Part shown: positions 40,291 to 49,955 of the stretch, piece after piece
How the letters are laid out: every line of letters begins with the position of its first letter
Position numbering within the stretch: the first letter of the stretch is position 1
Source: Bacilli bacterium
GTDB taxonomy: Bacteria; Bacillota_I; Bacilli_A; RFN20; CAG-826
DNA: 64,000 nucleotides
Direction: 5' to 3'
Assembly (NCBI GenBank): GCA_024408095.1
Contig: JAKSVI010000002.1
Coordinates: 2,111 to 66,110 of the forward strand
Translations under genes and position numbers: made by a program
The notes under the pieces: model-generated
Told to the model about the DNA's origin: nothing
What the model saw: only the letters and a program-made list of their open reading frames with translations
The model's database searches: none

Positions 40291-41668
40291 TAACTTTATC
40301 TATTTCCTTCTTATATAAAGATAAACTATTCGAATTATTAACGATATAAGTCGCTTTATTTTTATTAATATCAAAAAGCGATGTTTTATTTATTTTTAAT
40401 AAATCAAGAGTTGCTGCATTTCTCGCGTTTAAATGATTAATTTGAGATTTTTCATCCGTTTCAATGGCGATAATGGTATCGAATCTATCGTCTAAGTGGC
40501 TTTCAAAAAGTAGTGGTATTTCTGCTACGACAATGTCTGTCTTGGACTTTTTTAGAAAATTATCGATTTCGTTTATTACTTTTGGATGAACAATTCTTTC
40601 AACTTTTTTCTTATCATTAGGGTTTTTAATTAGATATTCTCTCAATTGTTTTTTATCAACAGCATGATTAGCAAACTTAATATTGAGTATTTTTTCTATC
40701 TTCATACCAATATCTGGATTTCCGTATACTTTATTTACAATTTCATCTGATGAGATTGTTTCGTAACCCCTCTCTTTAAATGCATCTAACATTAAGGTTT
40801 TGCCACTTCCAACTTTACCAGTGATTGCAACGCGTAATTGCGATCCTTTTTTGATTTGACAATGTGGGCAAAATGTTGTTCCTCTTCCATTTGTTGTTAC
40901 AAATCTTAAAGTTGCGCCACAATCAGGGCATTTAGTATTAGCTTTTCCATATACTCTAATTGCTGTTTGGAAAGAACCATCAATGCCCTTTCCTGGATGA
41001 TAGCTTCTAATAGTGGAGCCTCCCATTTTAATTGCAAGATTTAATATTTCACATGCATTATTTAATATTTTTTGCCATTCATCCTTAGTGATTAAATTTG
41101 AAGGAGTCCAGGGATGAATTTTGCTTTTAAAAAGCGTTTCATCAACATAAATATTACCAATTCCAGCCATCAAACTTTGATCTAATAACTGGGTTTTGAT
41201 AGGGATTTTTTTATTTTTTGTTCTTTTTATCAAATAATTTACATCTTGAATATCAAACGGTTCGGGTCCTAATTTTTTTATATCTTTAACATTTTTATAT
41301 TCTTTCTCAGTTGAATAAATTAATATTCCAAAACAACGGGAATCATCAAAACAAAGCTTCTTGCCGTTATCGAGATGAAAAACAACTCTAGAGTAGTACG
41401 TGTTTTTGTCGTTTTCGTTAACCTCGTAAAATTTACCTTCCATTCTTAAATGAGAGATTATGACCTTATCATTTGAGAGATGAAAAATTAGAAATTTGCC
41501 GATCCTGCTTACATTTTTAAATGTCTCACCAGTCAGTTCATGAATGAATTCATTTAAATCGCTTTTAATTGTGTTTGTGTGTAAAACATCAATTTTAGTA
41601 ATTTTCGTGTTAACGACAATGGTATTTAATACATTTTTTACTGTTTCTACTTCTGGTAACTCAGGCAT
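40262..41668 (-). CDS. fusion protein: formamidopyrimidine-DNA glycosylase (MutM/Fpg) + dephospho-CoA kinase (CoaE)
   Basis: The N-terminus MPELPEVETV through the zinc finger CPDC...CPHCQ (about aa 1-272) runs without a stop into the P-loop ITGKVGSGKT and a CoaE-length C-terminal domain (about aa 279-468). Confidence 0.85.
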   Translation of the reverse strand: MPELPEVETVKNVLNTIVVNTKITKIDVLHTNTIKSDLNEFIHELTGETFKNVSRIGKFLIFHLSNDKVIISHLRMEGKFYEVNENDKNTYYSRVVFHLDNGKKLCFDDSRCFGILIYSTEKEYKNVKDIKKLGPEPFDIQDVNYLIKRTKNKKIPIKTQLLDQSLMAGIGNIYVDETLFKSKIHPWTPSNLITKDEWQKILNNACEILNLAIKMGGSTIRSYHPGKGIDGSFQTAIRVYGKANTKCPDCGATLRFVTTNGRGTTFCPHCQIKKGSQLRVAITGKVGSGKTLMLDAFKERGYETISSDEIVNKVYGNPDIGMKIEKILNIKFANHAVDKKQLREYLIKNPNDKKKVERIVHPKVINEIDNFLKKSKTDIVVAEIPLLFESHLDDRFDTIIAIETDEKSQINHLNARNAATLDLLKINKTSLFDINKNKATYIVNNSNSLSLYKKEIDKVINKVQLRLN

Positions 41669-41674
41669 AAATAA

Positions 41675-44275
41675 TCATTTGGCATTATACCAATCCTTTC
41701 CAAAACCTCCGTCCACAACTAGTGGAACACTTAATTCTACTGCGTGCTCCATCGTGTTTTTGATGTCTTTAAAAACCATTTCCTTTTCTTCTAATGGAAC
41801 TTTAAAAATAAGTTCGTCATGAATTTGTAGAACCATTTTGGTTTTATAATGTTTCTCATCGAGCATTTTCTGCACATTATTCATTGCTATTTTAATTAAA
41901 TCAGCAGCAGTTCCTTGTATTGGGGCGTTCATTGCCGCACGTTTTGCAAATTCTCTCACTTGATAATTTGAATCGTGTAATTCCCTTAGATAACGTCTCC
42001 TTCCATATAAAGTTGAAACATATCCGTCATTAATTGCATCGTTAACAATCTTTTGAAAAAATGTAGATACTTCGGGGAAAGAAATATAAAAACTTTGGAT
42101 AATTTCTTTTGCCTCTTTGTTTGATATTTCCAATTGATCAGCAAGTCCCCAATCTGAAATGCCATATATAATTCCAAAATTTACAGCCTTGGCTTTTCTC
42201 CTTTGGAGTCCAGTTGGTTCGCTAGATAGGTTAAAAATTTTCTTTGCTGTTGCAGTGTGGATATCTTCCCCAGAAAGAAAGACATTTTTCAATGATTCAC
42301 AATTGGCCATATGCGCTAAAACACGTAATTCAATCTGAGAATAATCGAGTGATAATATTTCGTAAGCATTGTCTTTATAATAGAATGCTTTTCTAATGTT
42401 TTTTCCTTCTTCATCCCTAACGGAAATGTTTTGTAAATTTGGGTTGGAACTGGATAATCTTCCTGTCTGCGTTAACGCTTGATTAAATGTAGCGTGAATT
42501 TTGCCGTCTTTAAAGATATGTGGCTTTAAACCATCTATGTATGTTGTAACAAGTTTGTAATATTTCCTGTATTCTAATACTTTTGAGACAATTGGATATG
42601 ATTTTGCTAACTCTTTTAATGCATCAACATCAGTAGAAAGTTTCTTATTTGGCGCAGGTAAGCCTAAATGATTGTATAAAACATCTCCTAATTGTTTTGG
42701 CGATGCTATATTAAACTTTTCATTTGCCATTTCAAATATCTCTTGCTCTAGAGACTTAAGTTTTTGTTTATACTGATTTCCAAAAGAATCAAGCATATTT
42801 CCGTCTAATGGGAAGCCTTCAATTTCCATTTTGGTTAACGTCTCGACAAGTGGAATTTCCAGCTTTTCATATAATTCATAGGATGATAAATTTTTAAGTT
42901 CATTAATTACTTTGTTTTGCAAAAATTTAGAAAAATATGCCATTTTTGCGGTCTTTTCAACTGATTCTTGCGTTAATAACGAAATATTATCATCGTCGTC
43001 CTCTATATCAATGCCATATAAATTCATAACCAAATTTGGATTATTTTTGACACTGGAATCTATTAAATATGATGCTATCAAAAGGTCAAACTCTAAGCCG
43101 TTAACTTCAATGTTTATATTATTTAATCCAACCTTAATAGCTTTATAATCGTAACAATATTTTTTGTATTCTTTATTTGCTAATATTTCTTTTAAATATG
43201 AATCTTTTATTGCGTTGTCGATGTTTATATAATAGTTTTCTTGTTCCGAAGATATTGCGATGCCCAATATTTGACTATTTTGATAATCGTCACTATCAAA
43301 ATCGACAGCAATTCCGATGTTTTGAGATAACTTGACATTCTTAAATGTATCTAACTTTTTAACTTCTATTTTTATTGAGTTTTGATTTTGTGCTTTCCAT
43401 TTGGGTGTAACTTTACTAATGAACTGTTTTAAACCATATTTTTGACAGAATTCGCTTAAAATTTGAAAGTCATATCCTTTATAAGCCAAATCGTCAACAC
43501 CAAAAGGTAGATCAACATCAGTCTTGATTATGGCTAAATCTCTTGAAAGTTTTCCAATTTCCTTATTTTCTCGTATCATTTCTCCAACCTTGCCAGAGAT
43601 TGAGGATGCGTTGTTAATTATGTTATCGAAATTGCCATATTCATTTATCAATTTAATTGCGGTTTTATCACCCACTCCTGGAATACCAGGTAGGTTATCA
43701 GAAGAATCGCCTCTTAATCCTTTATAATCAATTATCTGTTTAGGACTGAAACCAAATGTTTCTTTAACCATATCTGGTGTCATAGGGACAACATCAGAAA
43801 GGCCTTTTTTAATAATTTGAACTGTTACTCTTTCATCTACAAGTTGAATAAAATCTCGGTCAGAAGTGTAGATATCTACCTGGTAACCTTGCTTAGCAGC
43901 AAGTGTTGCAATTGTTCCTGCAATATCGTCACCTTCATAACCTTCTTGTTCAAATTGATATATATTAAGTGCTCGTAAAAATTCTCTAACTATCGGGAAC
44001 TGCTGAACAAGCTCTTCGGGAGCTGGCTTTCTATTTGCTTTATATGACTCTAATGTCTCTTTTCTGAAATTATTTTTTCCAGCATCAAAGGCAACAAATA
44101 TGGATTCGCCATCTTTTAGTGACAAAATAATCTTATTTATCATATTAGAGAATGCGAAAATAGCATTTGTAGGGATGCCTTCTTGATTTCTCATAATTTC
44201 TACACCGGGATAAGCAGTAGCAAAATAAGCTCTAAAAAGCAAAGAGTTGCCATCTATCACAATTAACTTGCCCAT
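41675..44275 (-). CDS. polA: DNA polymerase I
   Basis: 5' nuclease domain, a vestigial 3'-5' exo region and family A polymerase motifs (DYSQIELR, QIHDEL); 866 aa. Confidence 0.97.
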   Translation of the reverse strand: MGKLIVIDGNSLLFRAYFATAYPGVEIMRNQEGIPTNAIFAFSNMINKIILSLKDGESIFVAFDAGKNNFRKETLESYKANRKPAPEELVQQFPIVREFLRALNIYQFEQEGYEGDDIAGTIATLAAKQGYQVDIYTSDRDFIQLVDERVTVQIIKKGLSDVVPMTPDMVKETFGFSPKQIIDYKGLRGDSSDNLPGIPGVGDKTAIKLINEYGNFDNIINNASSISGKVGEMIRENKEIGKLSRDLAIIKTDVDLPFGVDDLAYKGYDFQILSEFCQKYGLKQFISKVTPKWKAQNQNSIKIEVKKLDTFKNVKLSQNIGIAVDFDSDDYQNSQILGIAISSEQENYYINIDNAIKDSYLKEILANKEYKKYCYDYKAIKVGLNNINIEVNGLEFDLLIASYLIDSSVKNNPNLVMNLYGIDIEDDDDNISLLTQESVEKTAKMAYFSKFLQNKVINELKNLSSYELYEKLEIPLVETLTKMEIEGFPLDGNMLDSFGNQYKQKLKSLEQEIFEMANEKFNIASPKQLGDVLYNHLGLPAPNKKLSTDVDALKELAKSYPIVSKVLEYRKYYKLVTTYIDGLKPHIFKDGKIHATFNQALTQTGRLSSSNPNLQNISVRDEEGKNIRKAFYYKDNAYEILSLDYSQIELRVLAHMANCESLKNVFLSGEDIHTATAKKIFNLSSEPTGLQRRKAKAVNFGIIYGISDWGLADQLEISNKEAKEIIQSFYISFPEVSTFFQKIVNDAINDGYVSTLYGRRRYLRELHDSNYQVREFAKRAAMNAPIQGTAADLIKIAMNNVQKMLDEKHYKTKMVLQIHDELIFKVPLEEKEMVFKDIKNTMEHAVELSVPLVVDGGFGKDWYNAK

Positions 44276-44278
44276 CTT

Positions 44279-47200
44279 CTATTCCTCCAAATATTTGATT
44301 TCATCAGCTATAAATGATTCTTCATCATTTTTGACCTGATATTTTCCAGTGACTAAAACGATGTTATTTTTTTCTAATACATTAATATGGTTTGAATATA
44401 CATCTGGAAAAATCGTTACTTCAATTTCACTAGTTTCATCACAGAGTTTGATAAAGCACATTGCTGTTCCTTTTTTTGTATTAATAATTTTTTTGCTTTT
44501 TATAATGCCGGCAATTGTTATCGTATCAACAAATTCATGACTTGTTGCTAGCGGAATAACATTATTTGCGATTAGCAAGTCTCTTTTATATTTTAAAGGA
44601 TTATCGCTTATCATTATTCCCAATGCCTCGTATTCTTTATCTAAAATCTCAATTGGGTCATCAACATCGGTTAACATTTTTGGTTTAGGCATTATAGAAT
44701 TATCTAATGCCAATTGACCATCTTCGCCATAACATACTTCAGCAAATTGTAATGAAGCTTTTGTAGTGAGGTGCATGCTTGATCTTGAATGATACAGACA
44801 GTCGAGAGCACCTGCGTTTATAAGCTGAGATATATTTTTTTCACTAATTTTATAAGGATACATTCTTATAACGAAATCAAAAAAGTCCGTAAAATCCCCT
44901 TTATTTCTTTCAAAAACAATAAATTCTACGATTTGTCGATTAACACCTTTAATGGCAGAAAGAGGGAAAATTATACCGTCATCATAAAGACTAAAATTAT
45001 TAGAACTTTTGTTTATATTCGGAGGAAGAAGCTTTATTCCTTGTTGCTTCATCTCACTGGCGTATTCTGAAAATTTATTATCATTTGCAGTGCCGCTGTA
45101 TTCCAAAATGCTCGCATAAAATTCTAAAGGATAATGAGCTTTAAGATATGCCATTCTAGAAGCAATATAACTATAACCAACAGAGTGTGATTTATTAAAA
45201 CCATAATCCGCAAATTTTTCTAGCAAATTGAATGTCTTCTCTGCATCGTACTTAGAATAACCATTATTTATGCATCCATTGATAAATTTATTCTTTAATT
45301 GTTCAATCTCTTCTTTCTTTTTCTTACTTATTGCTCTTCTAAATAAATCTGCTTCAGAAAGCGTAAATCCCGCCATTACTAGGGCTATTTGGTTGACTTG
45401 TTCTTGAAAGACAATAATGCCATAGGTATTTTTTAACACTTCATCAACGCCTTTTGAAATTGATGGTATTTTTTCTTTTCCTTCTTTTCTCCTAGCAAAT
45501 GATTTTATATTGTCCATTGGGCCAGGTCTAAATAAAGCTAAAATATTGACAATATCATCAAATTCTTTTGGCTTAATAATTTTTATGGCTCTTTTCATTC
45601 CTGTACTCTCGAGTTGAAAGATTCCCATTGTTAGGCCTTGAGATATTATTTCAAATGCCTTTGGATCGTCATAAGGAATGTTTTCATAAGAAAGATTTAA
45701 ATTTTCATTGCGCTTATTTATAAGGTTAAGTGTGTAGTCAATAATACTTAAATTACGAAGACCTAAGAAATCCATTTTGAGAAATCCTTGATCTTCCAAA
45801 TAGTCCTTTTCATAACTGGCAACATAATTATCAAAAATGTCTCGAGATATAGGAATTGCAGTACTTAATGGACTGTTATTTAAAATTATTCCTGCAGCAT
45901 GCAGACCACTTTGTCTAGGAAGATTTTCGATTTTACTAGCAAGTGATACGATATCTAAGAAATATTTATCACTATCAACTAGGTTTTTGAATGCTGCAAG
46001 TTTTTTATAGGATGTTCTTAAGTCATAATTTTTATTGGTTAATGTTTTGCACAATAAATCAATGTGACGCGTAGGAATATCATAGATTCTTCCTATGTCT
46101 CTAAGCGATTGTTTAGCCAATATCGTTTGAATGGTGGCGATATTAGCGACACGATTTGTTCCATATTTATCTCGCATATATTGAACCATGTCATCGCGTT
46201 TTATATCCATGAAATCTATATCAATATCAGGCATTGTATTTCGACCCTCATTCAAGAATCGTTCGAATTGGAGATCAAACTTTAATGGATCAACTTCACT
46301 TATATCCAAAAGATATGAAACGAGTGAACCAGCAGCGCTGCCTCTTCCACTTCCTACAATAATATTTTCAGATTTTGCATATTTAACATAATCTTGAACA
46401 ATCAAAAAATAATCGGCATATCCCATTTTCGTGATTATTTGATATTCCTTTTCAGCACGTTGAATATAATTTTCACTTTCTAATTGCTTACTTTTTAAAC
46501 CAGACTCTATTTGTTCGTGAAGATATTTTTCGCTATTTTCAACTGGGAAATGCAGTATTTCTCCTCTTTTTGCATGGAAATTGAATTGAGATTTTTTTAT
46601 TATTTCTGTTGTTAAATCCATTTCTTTTTTTGTATATATTTTTTGATAGTCAGCTTCTTTCATAAAATATTCTTGACCATCTTTTGTTTTATATTCTAGT
46701 TTGGTGTTTTCTTTAATAGCGTTAACTAGATCAAGAATAATAGCGTCTGATTTTTCCTGATATTTTATACGTGGAAAAGCAACTGTTTCATACATATGAT
46801 TGGCGGCAAATTTTCTAATTTCTTTCGCAACAGTAAATTCATTTTTGTTTGTTGCCTCTATTCCAAGATAAAATTCATCAAATAATTTTGAAATACTATT
46901 AACAAATCTTGGAAGAGATGAATCGTTATTATTAAACAATTCTTTGAATTTTCCATGATTCGTCTCCAATATTCCAAGTAATCCAGAATGATTATTCAAT
47001 AGAAAATCTTCGGTAAGCTTATTTTCCGAAATGTTTTGGTTTATTAAACATAAATTTTTATAGCCTTCTTCATTTAATACATATGCGACAACATTTTGCC
47101 CGTTTACAACAAAACTCATTCCTATAATGAAATTTTTTTTGGCTTTTTCCATTGTTGATATAAATTCTGGCACGCCAAACATAACGTTCATATCAGCTAA

Positions 47201-47308
47201 GCCAACACCAAAATAACTGTTTTTTTCAACAGAGTTTTTGATTTTCTCTATGGTTAGGCCGCTTTCGAGAAAACTATATCCGGAAATGACGCAAAGTGGT
47301 GCAAACAT
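44279..47308 (-). CDS. dnaE: DNA polymerase III alpha subunit (DnaE type)
   Basis: PHP domain at the start, polymerase core (MPDIDIDF) and a C-terminal OB fold; 1009 aa. Confidence 0.97.
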   Translation of the reverse strand: MFAPLCVISGYSFLESGLTIEKIKNSVEKNSYFGVGLADMNVMFGVPEFISTMEKAKKNFIIGMSFVVNGQNVVAYVLNEEGYKNLCLINQNISENKLTEDFLLNNHSGLLGILETNHGKFKELFNNNDSSLPRFVNSISKLFDEFYLGIEATNKNEFTVAKEIRKFAANHMYETVAFPRIKYQEKSDAIILDLVNAIKENTKLEYKTKDGQEYFMKEADYQKIYTKKEMDLTTEIIKKSQFNFHAKRGEILHFPVENSEKYLHEQIESGLKSKQLESENYIQRAEKEYQIITKMGYADYFLIVQDYVKYAKSENIIVGSGRGSAAGSLVSYLLDISEVDPLKFDLQFERFLNEGRNTMPDIDIDFMDIKRDDMVQYMRDKYGTNRVANIATIQTILAKQSLRDIGRIYDIPTRHIDLLCKTLTNKNYDLRTSYKKLAAFKNLVDSDKYFLDIVSLASKIENLPRQSGLHAAGIILNNSPLSTAIPISRDIFDNYVASYEKDYLEDQGFLKMDFLGLRNLSIIDYTLNLINKRNENLNLSYENIPYDDPKAFEIISQGLTMGIFQLESTGMKRAIKIIKPKEFDDIVNILALFRPGPMDNIKSFARRKEGKEKIPSISKGVDEVLKNTYGIIVFQEQVNQIALVMAGFTLSEADLFRRAISKKKKEEIEQLKNKFINGCINNGYSKYDAEKTFNLLEKFADYGFNKSHSVGYSYIASRMAYLKAHYPLEFYASILEYSGTANDNKFSEYASEMKQQGIKLLPPNINKSSNNFSLYDDGIIFPLSAIKGVNRQIVEFIVFERNKGDFTDFFDFVIRMYPYKISEKNISQLINAGALDCLYHSRSSMHLTTKASLQFAEVCYGEDGQLALDNSIMPKPKMLTDVDDPIEILDKEYEALGIMISDNPLKYKRDLLIANNVIPLATSHEFVDTITIAGIIKSKKIINTKKGTAMCFIKLCDETSEIEVTIFPDVYSNHINVLEKNNIVLVTGKYQVKNDEESFIADEIKYLEE

Positions 47309-47352
47309 AATAATACAAATATATGTTATAACAATAATATATTTTCATAAAG

Positions 47353-47382
47353 AAAAAAAGGTAACAAATGCTACCTTTTTTA
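47353..47382 (-). terminator. rho-independent terminator after nrnA
   Basis: AAAAAAGGTA / TACCTTTTTT stem with an 8-nt loop. Confidence 0.75.
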
Positions 47383-47389
47383 ATGTTTA

Positions 47390-48388
47390 CTATCTAAATA
47401 ATTTTCCTAACTCTTCAACTAATCTTGGCAAATCTTCAATAGTGTTTAATCTTGCTCCAGAAGCTTGAGCGTGTCCGCCGCCTTCAAACATAGCTGCAAC
47501 TTGATTAATTGGTTTGTTCTTGCTTCTGATAGATACTCTCCAACACGGATCTTTTGGATTTGGATCCTCAGTTACTGAACACCAGGCATTTATACCATCA
47601 ATATTGGCGAATAAATTTACGTTTTCTTTTCCTCTTTCAGTAGTGATGTTTAATTCATTTTGAATTTTTGCATCGAGAACATAATAAGCTATTCCGTCTT
47701 TACTTACGTCAAAATGATTAAGAATATAAGCTGTGACTTTTAAATCATCAATTTTTTTCAAATACATGTTCTGATAAATATCAGAAATATTGATACCAGA
47801 ATTTAATAGATGTGAAGCTACTGCAAAAGTGTGTGTTGAAGTTGAGGAATATTGAAATCTTCCTGAATCCCCAACCAATCCAATGTAAAAATATTTGGCT
47901 GCATTTTCGGAAAGCATGTAATTCCCTTTTATAGTCAAAAGCATATTTACAACCACTTCACTGGCGGCCGCACAAGTTGTATCGGTAACTGCTACATTGC
48001 CAAATTCTTCAACTTTTGGATGGTGATCAATTTTGACTTTATATCTCGCCTTTTTCCAACGTGGATCTGCAATTCTGCTTTCATTTGAAACATCTAATAT
48101 AATTGCTAAAAATGGTTCTCTGAACCAACTATCGTTTAAATTATCAGTTTCCGGAAATAATCTCGGAGTAAAAGTTACATGATTATCTCCTAATACTTTA
48201 ATTTCTTTATTTGGAAAGTTATCTTTTATCCAATTATAAAGACCAAATTGGGTGCCAAGAGCATCATAATCAGGCATCAAATGGCGGAAAATTGCTATTC
48301 GGTCATATCTTTTAATGGCACTAATTATTTTTGAATACTCTTTTTTAAACTTCTTTGATTTTTCTATAATTACTGTTTCTAATTTCAT
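47390..48388 (-). CDS. nrnA: DHH/DHHA1 phosphoesterase (NrnA-like oligoribonuclease/pAp phosphatase)
   Basis: DYDALGT, DHHP and GGGHAQASGA motifs. Confidence 0.8.
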   Translation of the reverse strand: MKLETVIIEKSKKFKKEYSKIISAIKRYDRIAIFRHLMPDYDALGTQFGLYNWIKDNFPNKEIKVLGDNHVTFTPRLFPETDNLNDSWFREPFLAIILDVSNESRIADPRWKKARYKVKIDHHPKVEEFGNVAVTDTTCAAASEVVVNMLLTIKGNYMLSENAAKYFYIGLVGDSGRFQYSSTSTHTFAVASHLLNSGINISDIYQNMYLKKIDDLKVTAYILNHFDVSKDGIAYYVLDAKIQNELNITTERGKENVNLFANIDGINAWCSVTEDPNPKDPCWRVSIRSKNKPINQVAAMFEGGGHAQASGARLNTIEDLPRLVEELGKLFR

Positions 48389-49590
48389 TATTTTGATTCC
48401 TTAATGCACATTCTGTAGGCATCTCTAGCTATCATTACTTCTTCATCAGTAGGAATAACAACAACTTTAATTCTACTATTTTTGGTTGAAATCAAGCATT
48501 CTTTTCCGTGTATTGTGGAATTCAATTCCTTATCTATTTCAACGCCTAAAGCCTCACCGATTGCATCGCAAACAGAGGCACGTGTTCTTGGTTCGTTTTC
48601 GCCAATGCCAGCAGAGAAAATAATTAAATCAGCTCCACCAAGCCTGACAAAATATTGCCCGATGTAATCAGCAATTCTTCTAACAAAAATATCATTAGCA
48701 AGTTTGGCCAATTTATTTCCTTTTTCAACTGCATCCAAAATATCTCTGCTATCGTTAGAAAGTTGAGATACTCCAAGATATCCAGATTTTTTATTAAACA
48801 TTTGGTAAACTTCTTCAGCGGATTTTCCAGTGACAGTGCAAACATAATTAAAGACACTAGGATCCATATCACCTGTTCTTGTGCCCATCATGATTCCTCC
48901 GAGAGGAGTCAAACCCATTGATGTTGCAATGCATTTTCCATCTTTTATCGCTGTAATAGAAGCTCCTGAACCTATATGGCATGAGATTATTTTCTTTGAT
49001 TTTGTATCGTGTAAATATTTTTCAGCCTCAATGGAAAGATATTTGTGGCTTGTGCCGTGCGCGCCATATCTTCTTATATCATATTTCTCTGTTAATTCGT
49101 AAGGAATTGGAAAGACATAGTCTTCTGGTTCCATTGTTTGATGGAATGCAGTATCAAAAGTTGCTATGGCAGGGCAATTTGGGAGAACCTCTTTAAATGC
49201 TCTAAAACATGTTAAATGAGCGGCGTTATGCAGTGGCGCAAGTGGAATAAGAGATTCGATTTTGCTTTCTGTGTCTTTATTAAACATAGCTGATTCTTTA
49301 AAATATTTTCCACCTTGAACAATTCTGTGACCGATCGCTCCAATTTCATCAAAACTTTTTATTATTCCTTTATTAACTAATGCTTCGACAAGTAATTTTG
49401 CAGCAACAGCATGATTTTCAAGAACTGGTTCTGTAACATCCTTGTTTCCATTATATTTAATAGTGAAAATGCCATCTGGTGATCCAATTCTTTCTAAATT
49501 GCCAGAGCAAATAACATTCTCTTCTGGCATTTCATATAATTTGAATTTTAAACTTGAACTTCCTGAATTTATCGTCATTACTTTTGACAT
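48388..49590 (-). CDS. ackA: acetate kinase
   Basis: INSGSSSLKF start and HRIVQGG motif; 400 aa. Confidence 0.97.
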   Translation of the reverse strand: MSKVMTINSGSSSLKFKLYEMPEENVICSGNLERIGSPDGIFTIKYNGNKDVTEPVLENHAVAAKLLVEALVNKGIIKSFDEIGAIGHRIVQGGKYFKESAMFNKDTESKIESLIPLAPLHNAAHLTCFRAFKEVLPNCPAIATFDTAFHQTMEPEDYVFPIPYELTEKYDIRRYGAHGTSHKYLSIEAEKYLHDTKSKKIISCHIGSGASITAIKDGKCIATSMGLTPLGGIMMGTRTGDMDPSVFNYVCTVTGKSAEEVYQMFNKKSGYLGVSQLSNDSRDILDAVEKGNKLAKLANDIFVRRIADYIGQYFVRLGGADLIIFSAGIGENEPRTRASVCDAIGEALGVEIDKELNSTIHGKECLISTKNSRIKVVVIPTDEEVMIARDAYRMCIKESK

Positions 49591-49955
49591 AAAAATTTCC
49601 TCACAATCTTCATTATTATCTCACAACATAATTTCGTTTTCAATTTATTGAAATATTAAAAAACAAAGCAAATGTTCTTTTACTTTCAATAATTGCAAAA
49701 AATAGGTTATTTTTATATAACGAAAAGTATAATTGGCATAATAAAAAAATGGCGTTTTTTATAATTTTTTTGTTTCAATACTTTTGATTTGCAACAATTT
49801 TCAAAAAATAAAAATGTATCAATTTTTGTTTCTTACTAGATTAGTATGCAAAAATGTAGGTCAATATATCGAGATTTTTCTTTTTTATTAATAATAAATT
49901 AGTATGAATTAATCGAGTATTATAGTTATAATAATTAACATAGTGGAGGCTTACT

